A DNA stretch of 64,000 nt from Octopus vulgaris. Taxonomy: Eukaryota. The notes below the pieces were generated by a model, which worked only from the letters and a program-made list of their open reading frames with translations, had not been told where the DNA came from and made no database searches. A program made the translations under genes and the position numbers. Numbering within the stretch: the stretch's first letter is position 1; every line of letters starts with the position of its first letter. Of this stretch, positions 15,211 to 27,213 are shown piece after piece. The DNA lies in NCBI GenBank assembly GCA_951406725.2, contig OX597830.1, forward strand, positions 19,716,001 to 19,780,000, given 5' to 3'.

Positions 15211-17154
15211 CGAAATACCGCTAAGCATTTCGCCCAGCGTGCTAACGATTCTGCCAGCTCGCCGACTTAAGCAGTGATAAAGAATAAACGAACTTTAGGT
15301 TAGTTAAAATATATTTGTGACATAAGTCAACTTCTAAAGACAAATTTATTGCAGTTGCTGCGGAGAAAAAAATTATCTCTTATGGTAAAAGTGCAAAAAT
15401 GCCATATCTGCGCAGTGCTTCCTCTTGTGTTCCCAGACGCGCGTTTCTTGCTCTTTAGTTTTCCTCAACCCTGAGATAACCCTTAACAGAATTAACCCTG
15501 GACAGATTCAAAGCCGTAACTTTAACAACAGTCAACATCTTTGATTGAACTGCGCTCTTATAACGCTTCGTCGGAATAAAAATGGTAGTATCAGCGCCAA
15601 GCAGTGATTAGGAATAAATAATTTATGCAAACGCCAAATGATAATAATAACAAAGAAAATTGCAGTAAAGCTGCATGATAGTGGTGTCAGATGTGTCATG
15701 CAAGCCATCGTATAATTTGTTTGTCATTGCGCTTTTATTCTTCTCTTCCGTTTTACGAATTCAATGTGCTTATGCGCATTGCGTGTTTATACTCCCCTTT
15801 CTGGTTCCTACTCAAAACTGTTTACAGATCACAACCATCTCACGAACTTGCGGTCGCGAGAGCGCTTCTCGCTCCGATGGTTGTGAAAAAAAATCTGCAG
15901 CACCAGTTGATATACGAACATTATTAACGTTTTATAATACGTGTTCGGTATTCACTTGGCAAAATATATAAACTACTGATAAAATAGCCATAGGTGCTCT
16001 CTTGGGTCCCATATTCATGGTATTTACGAGGTCACAATAGAAAACAAAATGGTACCAAGATATAAACTTATAATATACATCATAGTCGACATGATAGACA
16101 CATTGGAAGACGTCCATAAATTTAAAACCATGAGAACCACTCAATGTTAAAATTCAATAACAATACACATAAAATTTACAGCAATAAAATAATTTCATTT
16201 CTTGACAGAAGCAGCTAGAGAGAGAGAGGAAACAACAGCTATATCACTCTTGTTTACACCCAAAATGTGAAAAGATACGTTTTATGAAGAGACAGCGAAT
16301 ATTCATATAGACAGAAAATGTCAGTAGCGAACTTTTTTTTTGCCTTGCAGAGAATTTAGATTCTCCTCTACAAAAGAAACACAAACTATCGAAATTCACG
16401 GAATGCGACAAACACCCTAATCGACAACAGGTATTTTAAGAAACTAATAAACCAAGCCATATTCAGAGCAATAAATATAGATACTATTCAGAGCAATGAA
16501 TACATCAGACATTCCAGCTATTAAAATTTACAAACCACGTATATACAAAACATGCTGACACTCTGATTCCAGATCTTCGCTCTCTATAGTGCACAGGTCA
16601 TCGGCAACGTTCTTCCGCTGTGTGTAGGACTGATCTAGCTATCAACCGGATCCACGAAGAAAATCATCTCCCATTTGTTTCTTCAGCTCAGTAACAGTAG
16701 AGAAATTTTAAATCTGTCTGGTAGCTATTGTGAAGGGCGTTGTATGGTGGATGCGAATGAAAGGAATGAACAAATTAATAGAGAAGCAGGATGTGCTGTC
16801 CTATTCCTAATAGATGTATCGACAGGTAGATCAATGCAGCGAAACAGGCCCAGAGATTAGGGTTGCTCTAAGCATGCATCTGTAGACTCGAAAATGAGAG
16901 CTAAGCGAATGTACGATCAGGCTAATCAAAGTTCTGTAGGGTGGCTTGATAAGTTCTTGCTAACTGTTCCTCTTTTAAGGACTTTTGTTTGTCAGCACTT
17001 TTTGTTATCTCTTGCTTTTTTATTTTATTTTTACACGGTTTTTATGAACCAACTCCTACCACTGTGTTGGACCCTGTACTTTGTATCGTCTTCATTGTTC
17101 TTGATTCCTTGTGCTAACAAACAAATCATCATCATCATCATCATCGTCAATATT

Positions 17155-17370
17155 AAGGCAGTGAATTGGGAGAATCGTAAGTGCATCGGACAAAATGCTT
17201 GGTGGCGTTTGTTCTGGATCTTTACAATCTGAGTTCAAATCTCGACGAGGTCATCCTTACCTTTCATCCTTTGGGGGTTGATAAAATAAGTGCCACTTGA
17301 GCGTTGTAGTTGATGTAACCAAATTGTCTCTTCGCCTAAAACTTCTGACCTTAAGTCAAAATGTGAAGTT
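17155..17370 (+). mobile_element. SINE family B, diverged
   Basis: CTGAGTTCAAAT..CGAGGTC..CCTTTCATCCTTT..GGTTGATAAAATAAGT. Confidence 0.75.
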
Positions 17371-17384
17371 ATTATTATTATTAT

Positions 17385-17939
17385 TGAGTGAGAGAGCAGT
17401 GCATGCCATCAAAGTGACACTGGGGTAAAATATACGAAGCTCTGTATACCCATCATGACTACTTGTCTGATAAGGGTACACCAGGCACTTGCATCACAAC
17501 CATATGTGCGCGACATGGTGATCTCATACAAGATAAATAGCACATGACATTGCAGATGGAGCCCAGTTAGAATTTTCTTCTGGTCGAGTAACCCATCCCG
17601 CACAAGAGGTTCCTGAATAAGGGTTGTTTAAGGATGTTGAACAAGCCATCCATGTTTCCAGGGGTGAATTATTCAAACCCCAAAGAATCCCTCTCAACGC
17701 ATGGCTATGATGCTCCCCCACTACTTCTGCTCGTGATCAGAGATGCACATATCGTCAGCCACTAAGGGACATGCCCAACTGGTTAAGGTCAAACAACTGA
17801 CAAGCAAATCTGTGGTATTGAGCAGAATATTTGCTGTAGCCCATCTTTTATACCAAGACAAAACAATGTACATGATAACAGTTCCAATCAGTTAAGATCA
17901 GAAGCCATGAGAACCACTGCCTGGTACTGCATCAGGGCA

Positions 17940-17940
<1 letters not shown>
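17385..17940. mobile_element. Non-coding element flanked on both sides by (TTA)n; possibly a microsatellite-targeting (R4/Dong-like) derivative
   Basis: Sharp boundaries with (TTA)n at 17370-17384 and 17941-18030; no ORF; family assignment is inference. Confidence 0.5.
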
Positions 17941-18032
<92 letters not shown>

Positions 18033-18199
18033 ATTGACACTAGGGTCTATGTAATCGACTCGCCCTCACCCCCAAAATTTCGGGCCTTGTGCTTTTAGTG
18101 GAAAGGTTTACTATTATTCTTATTATTATTGTTATGGTAATTATTTTGCACTGGCAACAGTGTAATATTTAAACTTCGCTCTTTATTATTAAATTATTC

Positions 18200-18610
18200 T
18201 TTGGTCTGCAGGAAGAGAACTGGAGATGAGAAACAGAAAAAGGATAGCCCCTCGTGAGTAATAAAGAAATCAGAAACAGAAAAAGGATCAGAAATGTGGC
18301 ATCAGTCTGAGATGAGTGTAAGGACCTAGAAGTATTCTGAGCATTGAAGTCACCGAAGACGATGATTTTGGAGAGGAATCGATTAAGATATCACTTCAAT
18401 ACAGGAGGAAAAATGGTCGAAGGATTGTTGGTTGTTGAAGATTTTCAGGCGTAAAAGGGTTAAACACTCTAAGTAAACCCTGAGTCAGATTATGAGATTA
18501 GTAGAAAATCTTTGATGCTGATACCCAGGAGAATGGTAGAAGACCAGAATCTACTCATGCTTAAATATCAAATTTGGGAGTGAAATTTTGAGCAAAGTGT
18601 AAAGCCGGGT
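18200..18610 (-). pseudogene. LINE apurinic-endonuclease fragment
   Basis: Minus-strand KIIVFGDFNA motif at ~18341-18370, the APE GDFN signature. Confidence 0.6.
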
Positions 18611-18616
18611 CAAAAT

Positions 18617-18841
18617 TTACTCTTTTACTTGTTTCAGTCATTTGACTGTGGCCATGCTGAAGCACCGCCTTTAGTCGAGCAAATCGAGCCCAGGACTTAT
18701 TCTTTGGAAGCCTAGTACTTATTATCGGTCTCTTGCCGAACTGCTAAGTTACGGGGACGTAAACACACCATCATCGGTTGTCAAGCGATGTTGGGGGGAC
18801 AAATACAGACACACTAACATATACACACGCATATATACCTA

Positions 18842-18899
<58 letters not shown>

Positions 18900-19011
18900 C
18901 ATATATATATATATATACGACGGGCTTCTTTCAGTTTCCGTCTCCCAAATCAACTCACAAGGCTTTGGTCGGCCCGAGGCTATAGTGGAAGACACTTGCC
19001 CAAGGTGCCAC
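18617..19011 (-). mobile_element. SINE family A, 5'-truncated
   Basis: Near-identical to other A copies. Confidence 0.9.
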
Positions 19012-19934
19012 TCCTTGCCACCCTTGGTATACAGAAATGGATTATAAGATTTGCATTTAAGACGGAGACAGGATGTGTAGTTTGCATACTTGTACGATGT
19101 GATGTATGGTAGGGTGGTCTATGTTGGATTAGATATTAGAGAAGTGGGAGACTTGCTAATCGTTTTTAGTTTTAGTTTTTAACAACTCATGAAAGAAAGA
19201 TGGCGTCGGTATATGGTGAGGTAACACTGTACCCGCAGTCCTGTGCGAAAGCTTTTTAGAGGTCGAATTTCGTTAAAGGTAAGTATAAGCCCAGGTGATA
19301 GCGTTAAACTGGTGAATAGAATGGAATTTACGCATACACTAAATTTGAGTGTGAAGTTTTGAAGAAAGAATATAGGTGAGACGAAAGTGTCGGGCTATTG
19401 ATAGGGGATATGAGATTAAGGTATCAAAAAGGCAAAGGATGTGTAATTTGCATGCTAATAAGAAGTGATGAATGGTGAAGATCTACGTTGGATCGGATGT
19501 TGAAGTTTGCCGATGTTAGAGAAGAGGAAGGAGAATTGTCAACCGAGTTTAGTTTTTAGCTTTTAACATCCCATGACAAAAAAAAGAAGAATACCATGAG
19601 TGCCGGAAATTTTGACTGAATGCTTCCAGCAGGTTGTATTTTGCAAAAGGAACCCGGGTGGTGGCGTTAGACTTGAAGGCGTGATATGCCTATTACAAAG
19701 AAAAGGTGAGATCCTCTGCAATATATGCAATAGTACTACATTATACAAATGACGATCCACAGACAATCATCGTGCGAACACATGCTTCGGCTATCAGTAT
19801 ATAGATCTGTTGAGGTACAGATATATGAAGCTGATATCACTTTCTCTCTCTTTCTAACTGTGTGTGTGCGTGTGTATGTGTGTGTGTGTGTATGTGTGTG
19901 TGTGTGTGCACGTGTGTGCGTGTGTGTGTGTGTG

Positions 19935-19982
<48 letters not shown>

Positions 19983-19983
19983 C

Positions 19984-20024
<41 letters not shown>

Positions 20025-20191
20025 CGTGTGTGTGTGTTTGTGTTTCTGTATCTGTGTGTGTCTGTATTTCATTGGCAGAAGTTACGAAGTGACTCAAGAG
20101 GTGGATGTTACGTGCATTGGCACTTATTAACCTTTTTTTCAATTTCTGTTGTTTTATTTAACCTAAGCATACATGTATGTATGTATGTATG

Positions 20192-20240
<49 letters not shown>

Positions 20241-20297
20241 TAGGTTAAGGTTCACATACCACTACTCGCGAAGGAGAACATAGATAAATAGATAAAG

Positions 20298-20374
<77 letters not shown>

Positions 20375-21105
20375 AAATTTCACAAACATTGGACTTCTTT
20401 AACAAGGAAAGGAATTTTCAATATTGTTTACATTTAACGTAAAACTCGTACTTTTATTGCGGCAGACCATCAACGATGGCAAATCTGGGGTAAATAAATA
20501 ATATGAATAAGATAAATAAATAAATATATAAACAAATAAGATACTAATACGTCATTCCACAGATAACATTTTTAGTGTCTTTGTTGTATTAGTCGTGGCC
20601 TAAAATCAGAATTAGTCATGCAACCGTGCAACTCAGCCTACGTTTTTTTAGATCTGTTTCTTATGGAACAAAGAGCTGTAGCTCGTCTGATTGGTCGCTC
20701 GAGGTGCTAGAAAGAGCAGCGAACTCGTCTCTCAAGTTTACACTATGCTGTCTTAAGTTAGGAACGAGACCTTCGATGAACTAGTCCTACGGAGACAACA
20801 GGCATACCACGAATGAGAGAAATAAATACGAGATGGTCACGGCTGGAATGATTTTGATCATTGTTCAACGTCTAGGTTTGTTTCGATCAGAATTGAGTCG
20901 GGGGATTAACAACAACAACATCAACAACGTTCTCAGCCATAAAAAAAAAAACATCTGTGGATCTCAATTGCAGCGTGGAAGGTGTTTATAAGCCATTTAA
21001 GAAACACACAAAACCGTTAGATTCTATGGATTACTATTTTATTCTGCTGGACCCTACCCCTCTTTCAAAATTCCTATTTTGTTTCTCACACATTCCTTTG
21101 TGTAG

Positions 21106-21192
21106 GCTTTATAGTGGCGTCAGTTTATGGTAAAGTACCACTGCACCCGCAGTCCTGTGCGAAAGCTTTTAAGAGGTCGAACTTCCTTAAAG
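21106..21192 (+). other. Candidate 87-nt symmetric phase-1 exon (FIVASVYGKVPLHPQSCAKAFKRSNFLK)
   Basis: Pyrimidine tract plus TGTAG acceptor, AAG|GTAAGC donor, open frame; paralogous copies at ~19200 and ~21714. Confidence 0.35.
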
Positions 21193-21359
21193 GTAAGCAT
21201 AAACCCAGATGATGGCGTTAAACTGATGAATAGAATGGAATCTACGCATGTGTATACACTAAATTTGGAGTGTGAAGTCTTGAATAAAGAATGTAGGTAA
21301 GACAACAACAACGTTCTCAACCATTTTTTTGAAAGAAATCTATAAACCTCTTTCAATAC

Positions 21360-21592
21360 CTATTTCTTTACTACCCACAAGGGGCTAAATACAGAGGGGA
21401 CAAATAAGGACAGACAAACGGATTAAGTCGATTACATCGACCCCCAGTGCGTAACTGGTACTTAATTTATCGACCCCGAAAGGATGACAGGCAAAGTCGA
21501 CCTCGGCGGAATTTGAACTCAGAACGTAACGGCAGACGAAATACAGCTACGCACTTCGCCCGGCGTGCTAACGATTCTGCCAGCTCGCCGCC
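21360..21592 (-). mobile_element. SINE family B monomer
   Basis: Full head-to-tail match; possible TSD CTTTCAATA. Confidence 0.9.
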
Positions 21593-22030
21593 TTTCAATA
21601 ACATTTTATTCTGGTGGGCCCACACCCCATAGCCATGCGATGTCTAAAAACTAGTTTTATAGATACTTCTTTCAAAATCCCTATTTTGTTTCTCACACAT
21701 TTCCTTTGTGTAGGTTGTATAATGGCGTCGGTGTATAATGAGGTAACACTGGACCCACAGCGAAAACCTCGGAGAAAGAAACCTAGTTGTCTATTACAAT
21801 ACGTACCAATACGTACATCTAAAGCAAAATTCTTTCAGGAGCCCTTAAGATACTATTGTGGATCCCTAATGTACTAATTTGTTGAGTGGACCCCCAGAAT
21901 CTTATAGGGACCATCAGGGGCCATATGAATCCCGTTTGAGAATCATTGGTTTAACTGTTAAAACACGCAAAAAGACTTCACCATGACAACGACGATGACG
22001 ACGACGACGAAGACAACAGCAACACTAGAT

Positions 22031-22636
22031 GGAGGCGCAATGGCCCAGTGGTTAGGGCAACGGACTCGCGGTCGTAAGAACGAGATTTCGATTCCCAGAC
22101 CGGGCATTGTGAGTGTTTATTGAGCAAAAACACCTAAGCTCCACGAAGCTCCGGCGGAAGGTAGTGGTGAACAATGCTGTATTCTTTCACCACAACTTTC
22201 TCTCACTCTTTCTTCCTACTTCTGCCACAAAGCAGAGGAACCATAGTGTAAACAACTATGGTGTGGTAAACTTTCAGACTCTAGTCTAGATTGCGAATCC
22301 TCTGTACCTCAGGATGGTTCAGCTCTCCACCCGTTTAAAAAAGTCACCATTTACGGAATGAGGATAACAACGTAGCTTTCGCGCCCGTGCAACCGCCAGT
22401 CTATCGCGTGTGGTGGGTGGATCTTCAAGTTGCCACACGAATTCTTTGTAGATTAGAGTAGGCTCGAATTAGAGATTATTCTTTGTGGCTAATGACGTGA
22501 GTCCTGATTGGAAGAAGAAGAAGAAGAAGAAGAAGAAGAAGAAGAAGAAGAAGAAGAAGAAGAAGAAGAAGAAGAAGAAGAAGAAGAAGAAGAAGAAGAA
22601 GAAGAAGAAGAAGAAGAAGAAGAAGAAGAAGAAGAA
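22031..22636 (+). mobile_element. SINE family D with long (GAA)n tail
   Basis: Homologous to 10183-10640; (GAA)n at 22510-22636. Confidence 0.92.
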
Positions 22637-22829
22637 GGCCAGAAAATTTGGGGGAGGGGGTAAGTCGATTACATCGACCCCAGTACTTGACTGATACTTA
22701 TTCTATTGATCCCGAAAGGATGAAAGGCGATGTCGACCTCGGCGGAATTTGAACTCAGAACGCAAGAACGGACGAAACACCGCTAAGCTTTTCGCCCGGC
22801 CTGCTACCCATTCTGCCAGCTCGCCGCCT
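22637..22829 (-). mobile_element. SINE family B monomer (alternative tail)
   Basis: Reverse head GCCAGCTCGCCGCC at ~22815-22828. Confidence 0.85.
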
Positions 22830-22871
22830 TAACGATTCAGTTAATTTGGACAAACCAATTCATTTCCTTAA

Positions 22872-23467
22872 TTCTTTACTACCCACAAGGGGCTAAACAC
22901 AGATGGGACAAACAGGGACAGACAAATGGATTAAGTCGATTATATCGACCCCAGTGCGTAACTGGTACATATTTAATCGACCCCGAAAGGATGAAAGACG
23001 AAGTCGACCTCGGCGGAATTTGAACTGAGAACGTAGCGGAAGACGAAATACCTATTTCTTTACTACCCACAAGTGGCTAAACATAGAGGGGACAAACAAG
23101 GACAGACATAGGTATTAAGTCGAGTACATCGACTCCAGTGCGTAACTGGTACTTAATTTATCGATCCCGAAAGGATGAAAGGCAAAGTCGACCAAGGCGG
23201 AATTTGAACTGAGAACGTAGCGGCAAATGAAATACCTATTTCTTTACTACCCACAAGGGGCTAAACACAGAGAGGACAAACAAGGAAGGCAAACGGATTA
23301 AGTCGATTATATCGACCCCAGTGCGTAACTGGTACTTAATTTATCGACCCCGAAAGGATGAAAGGCAAAGTCGACCTCGGCGGAATTTAAACTCAGAACG
23401 TAACGGCAGACGAAATACCGCTTAGCATTTCAACCCGGCGTGCTAATGTTTCTGCCAGCTCGCCGCC
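22872..23467 (-). mobile_element. SINE family B head-to-tail trimer (184-bp period)
   Basis: Junctions GAAATACCTATTTC at 23045-23058 and 23229-23242; one complete head only. Confidence 0.92.
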
Positions 23468-23587
23468 TTTTTTATTTATTAAATATTAACGGAAATAAAC
23501 CAATTTATTTGCGTTGATATCTAGGGAACACCCGACATATCACGAGAAACATATTCAGTTATTGGAAAACTGATGTAAATGACTGAA

Positions 23588-23618
<31 letters not shown>

Positions 23619-23794
23619 ACAAACAAACAAATAAATAGGTTACTGATAACAATCCAATTGATAAACGATGACCTAGTTTTTTCTTCTAACATTCGGAACT
23701 AAACGAGACACAAAACGGGAATTATTTGTAAGTGATCTAATAAAATCTTTAAAAAATGACTGGTACTCCGTCGGTTACGACGACGAGGGATTCA

Positions 23795-24022
23795 TATGTA
23801 TGTATGTATGTGTGTGAGTGTATATGTTTGTGTGCGTGTTCCCCGCCCCCAACATCGCTTGATGCTGGTGCGTTTACATCCCCGTAACTTAGCGGTTCGG
23901 CAAAAGAGACCGATAGAATAAGTACTAGGCTTACAAAGAATAAGTCCTGCGGTCGATTTGCTCGACTAAAGGCGGTGCTCCAGCATGGCCACATTTAAAA
24001 TGACTGAAACAAGTAAAAGAAT
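23795..24022 (+). mobile_element. SINE family A 3' half, followed by (TAA)n to 24258
   Basis: Sequence match to A. Confidence 0.85.
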
Positions 24023-24036
24023 AACAGAATAATATA

Positions 24037-24262
<226 letters not shown>

Positions 24263-24331
24263 GACCCAATGCACATGGATAGCAGAAATAGGTGACCTCA
24301 TAAAAATCTCAAACACAACGTACAAGAACTA

Positions 24332-25168
24332 CAGCAATGCCCCGATATACAAGTTAATGTGTTCCCGGAGACCACTCGTAAAGCGAGAACTCGTAAAGCA
24401 GAGCAGTAATTTCCCATAGTAGCAATGTCATAAATCGGAATTCATTCCCAGAAAAAATAACAATGCTCGTAAATAAATGGCAATAAAACAACAGTAGAAT
24501 GTAAAGAAGATTTTATGTAAAGTAAAAAAGATTGTCAAGATTATTTATAATTAATAGAGAATACCAAACGAGTTCCCTATGGATACCGTATTTTGGTATT
24601 TTATTTATTACACACGAATAAACGACCATATTTTATTAACCCAATAACTAAATTCTTCACGTTTAGTTGTAACTTATGAATGACAAAAGTAGTGCCGTCA
24701 CCGTGACCTCAAGTCATCACCATGGATTGACCAATCAGAAGCAGCGCTGTCACCGTGACCTCGGGTCATCACCATGGATTGACCAATCAGAAGCAGCGCT
24801 CGCAGTATCTGACATATGTTAGATACCAAAAATATCTCAAAGTGTTCTCACTCACATGTGTGTAATAAACAATATTATTATTGATATCATCGTTTTCTGA
24901 ATCACTTTCACACGCACTAGACACCATCACTTATAACCACGATCGCCGATTCACGAGCACTCGTAGACGGACTTGTAGATTTCTTTTTTAAAAAAACCCA
25001 GCCTGGAGTTGTTTGCTTAGAAGAAGAAGCTGTTTATAAATTTCTCGGTGACACGCAGAAGGATTTGTTACGGTAGTAGAAACTTTCGCCCTTCGCTCAG
25101 AATTTGGATCTTGTGCCTGAAAAAATAAAACTCGCGAACCCGGGGTCTCGTGAAGTGAGGTATTACTG
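24332..25168. mobile_element. Tigger/pogo-like non-autonomous DNA transposon
   Basis: TA|CAGCAATGCCCCG left end and GAGGTATTACTG|TA right end (imperfect TIR, TA TSD); internal 52-bp tandem duplication at ~24697-24800. Confidence 0.6.
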
Positions 25169-25344
25169 TATACACAACTGAAATCAAATTCATCATCGAA
25201 CAACTAAGCAAAGAAACAATAAGAAAATATGTAAATAAACCAGAGACAAAGAGAAAACTGACAAACGTTTTTTTCTTTTAGCGTTTTTTTGTTTCGATAT
25301 TTGCCGAACTGCTAAGTTACGGAAGCGTAAGCGACGCCACACTC

Positions 25345-25577
25345 GTTGTACTCTTTCCCCCGCAGCTTTCTCTCAATCTTACTTCCTGTTTCTGTTGTGC
25401 CTGTAATTCAAAGGGCCGGCCTTGTAACACACTGTGTCACGCTGAATATCCCAGAGAACCACGTTAAGGGTACACTTGTCTGAGGGGTGCTCAGCCACTT
25501 GCACGTCAATTTCACGAGCAGGCTGTTCCGTTAATCGGATCAACTGGAACCCTCGTCGTCGTAACCGACGGAGTGCC
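25345..25577 (+). mobile_element. 3' part of a D/C-type SINE
   Basis: Matches 51195-51427. Confidence 0.85.
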
Positions 25578-25592
25578 AACAACAATATACAT

Positions 25593-25677
<85 letters not shown>

Positions 25678-25690
25678 TATATATACATAC

Positions 25691-25743
<53 letters not shown>

Positions 25744-26338
25744 ATATATATATATATACTCACACACACACACATATATATATATACAAACAGACTTAGA
25801 TAGATATACGTTATAGCTATCTATCTATCTATCGATCTATTTATGTCTGCCTATCTGTGTGTGTGTGTGTATTTGTTTGTATGATGTGTGTGTGTGAATT
25901 GTGCGTATGCGAATCAATGTGAATTGCAGTGCTGGAGTGTGTACGTATGTGGATGTGCAAAAGTATGCGCATGCGCATGTTGTTATGCGTTTTGCATATG
26001 CAGCCCTATGAGTGCCCCTGCCTATGTACGTGGGTGTTTGTGCGGAACATTTTAATCGGGTTAAATTAGAGTTGTAGCCAAAGAAATGTCTTGTTAAGAA
26101 CTCGATGGTTGTCTAATAGGTTCTGGAAACGGCTGCATCAGCAGCATCGGCAGCAGTACCGGAAAGGTAAGTGAAGTGGCGAGAGAGAGAGAGAGAGAGA
26201 GGGGGGGGGAAGAAGAAGACATAAAAAAAAATTAATCCATCATAAAATGTATTCGCAGAATACTGTCTGTTATAGAAATAATTATGCGCAATCACTCATC
26301 TTCTCACACACACACACGCACATACACACACACACACC

Positions 26339-26369
<31 letters not shown>

Positions 26370-26402
26370 TTACATATGTGTACATATACAAATGTAATGT
26401 AA

Positions 26403-26457
<55 letters not shown>

Positions 26458-26562
26458 ATGTATGTATGTATGTACATATATAAATATATATATATATATA
26501 CATATGTGTGCATATACAAATGTAATGTATTGTGTATATATATATGTGTGTGTGTGTATGTA

Positions 26563-26610
<48 letters not shown>

Positions 26611-26805
26611 CAGTTCAAGTTTACAGAAAACGAAAGACGAAGACAGGTGTAGGAACAACAAGCAGGTGTATTAGTTTAACACTCGGGAAGAGTGGAAAGT
26701 TCTTTTACGTTTCGAACGGACGCTCTTCGTCAGAAAGGATTAAGAGGAAAAAAAGGAGAGAAAATGAAAAAATACAAAAAAGAAAACAACAGAAAGCAAA
26801 AATGG
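26611..26805 (-). mobile_element. Penelope pseudo-LTR-like unit adjoining (TA)n
   Basis: Homologous to 42430-42625 (opposite strand); carries a hammerhead motif. Confidence 0.7.
26702..26737 (-). ncRNA. Minimal type-I hammerhead ribozyme motif
   Basis: Minus strand: CUUU-CUGACGA-A-GAGC(GUCC)GUUC-GAAA-CG-UA^AAAG; intact core, stem I CUUU/AAAG, palindromic ACGU in place of stem III. Confidence 0.8.
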
Positions 26806-27213
26806 CCTAGGAGTGGCTGTGTAGTAAGCAGCTTGCTCACCAACCACGTGGTTCCGGCTTCAGTCCCACTTCGCACCACCTTGGGCAAGTGTCTTCTACT
26901 ATAGCCTTGGGCTGACCAAAGCCTTGTGAGTGGATTTGGTAGACTGAAAGAAGCCCGTCGTATGTATGTATTTATGTATATATATGTGTGTGTGTGTATG
27001 TTTGTGTGTCTGTGTTTGTCCCTCCCAACATCGCTTGACAACCGATGCTGGTGTGTTTACGTCCCCGTAAATTTGCGGTTCGGCAAAAGAGACCGATAGA
27101 ATAAGTACTAGGCTTACAAAGATTAAGTCCTGGGGTCGATTTGCTCGACTAAAGGCGGCGCTCCAGCATGGCCACAGTCAAATGACTGAAACAAGTAAAA
27201 GAGTAAAAGAGTA
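26806..27213 (+). mobile_element. SINE family A, full length
   Basis: Sequence match to A. Confidence 0.9.

Noticed and set aside
15829-15852. miR-67/307-like seed TCACAACC
   Set aside because: Only the seed matches, and the fold is branched rather than a pre-miRNA hairpin.
16560-16710. Minus-strand terminal exon LKKQMGDDFLRGSG*
   Set aside because: No suitable acceptor and an in-frame stop just upstream.
22872-23467. Hammerhead within the SINE B repeat unit
   Set aside because: GAAA and a palindrome are present, but there is no CUGANGA with a paired stem II on either strand.
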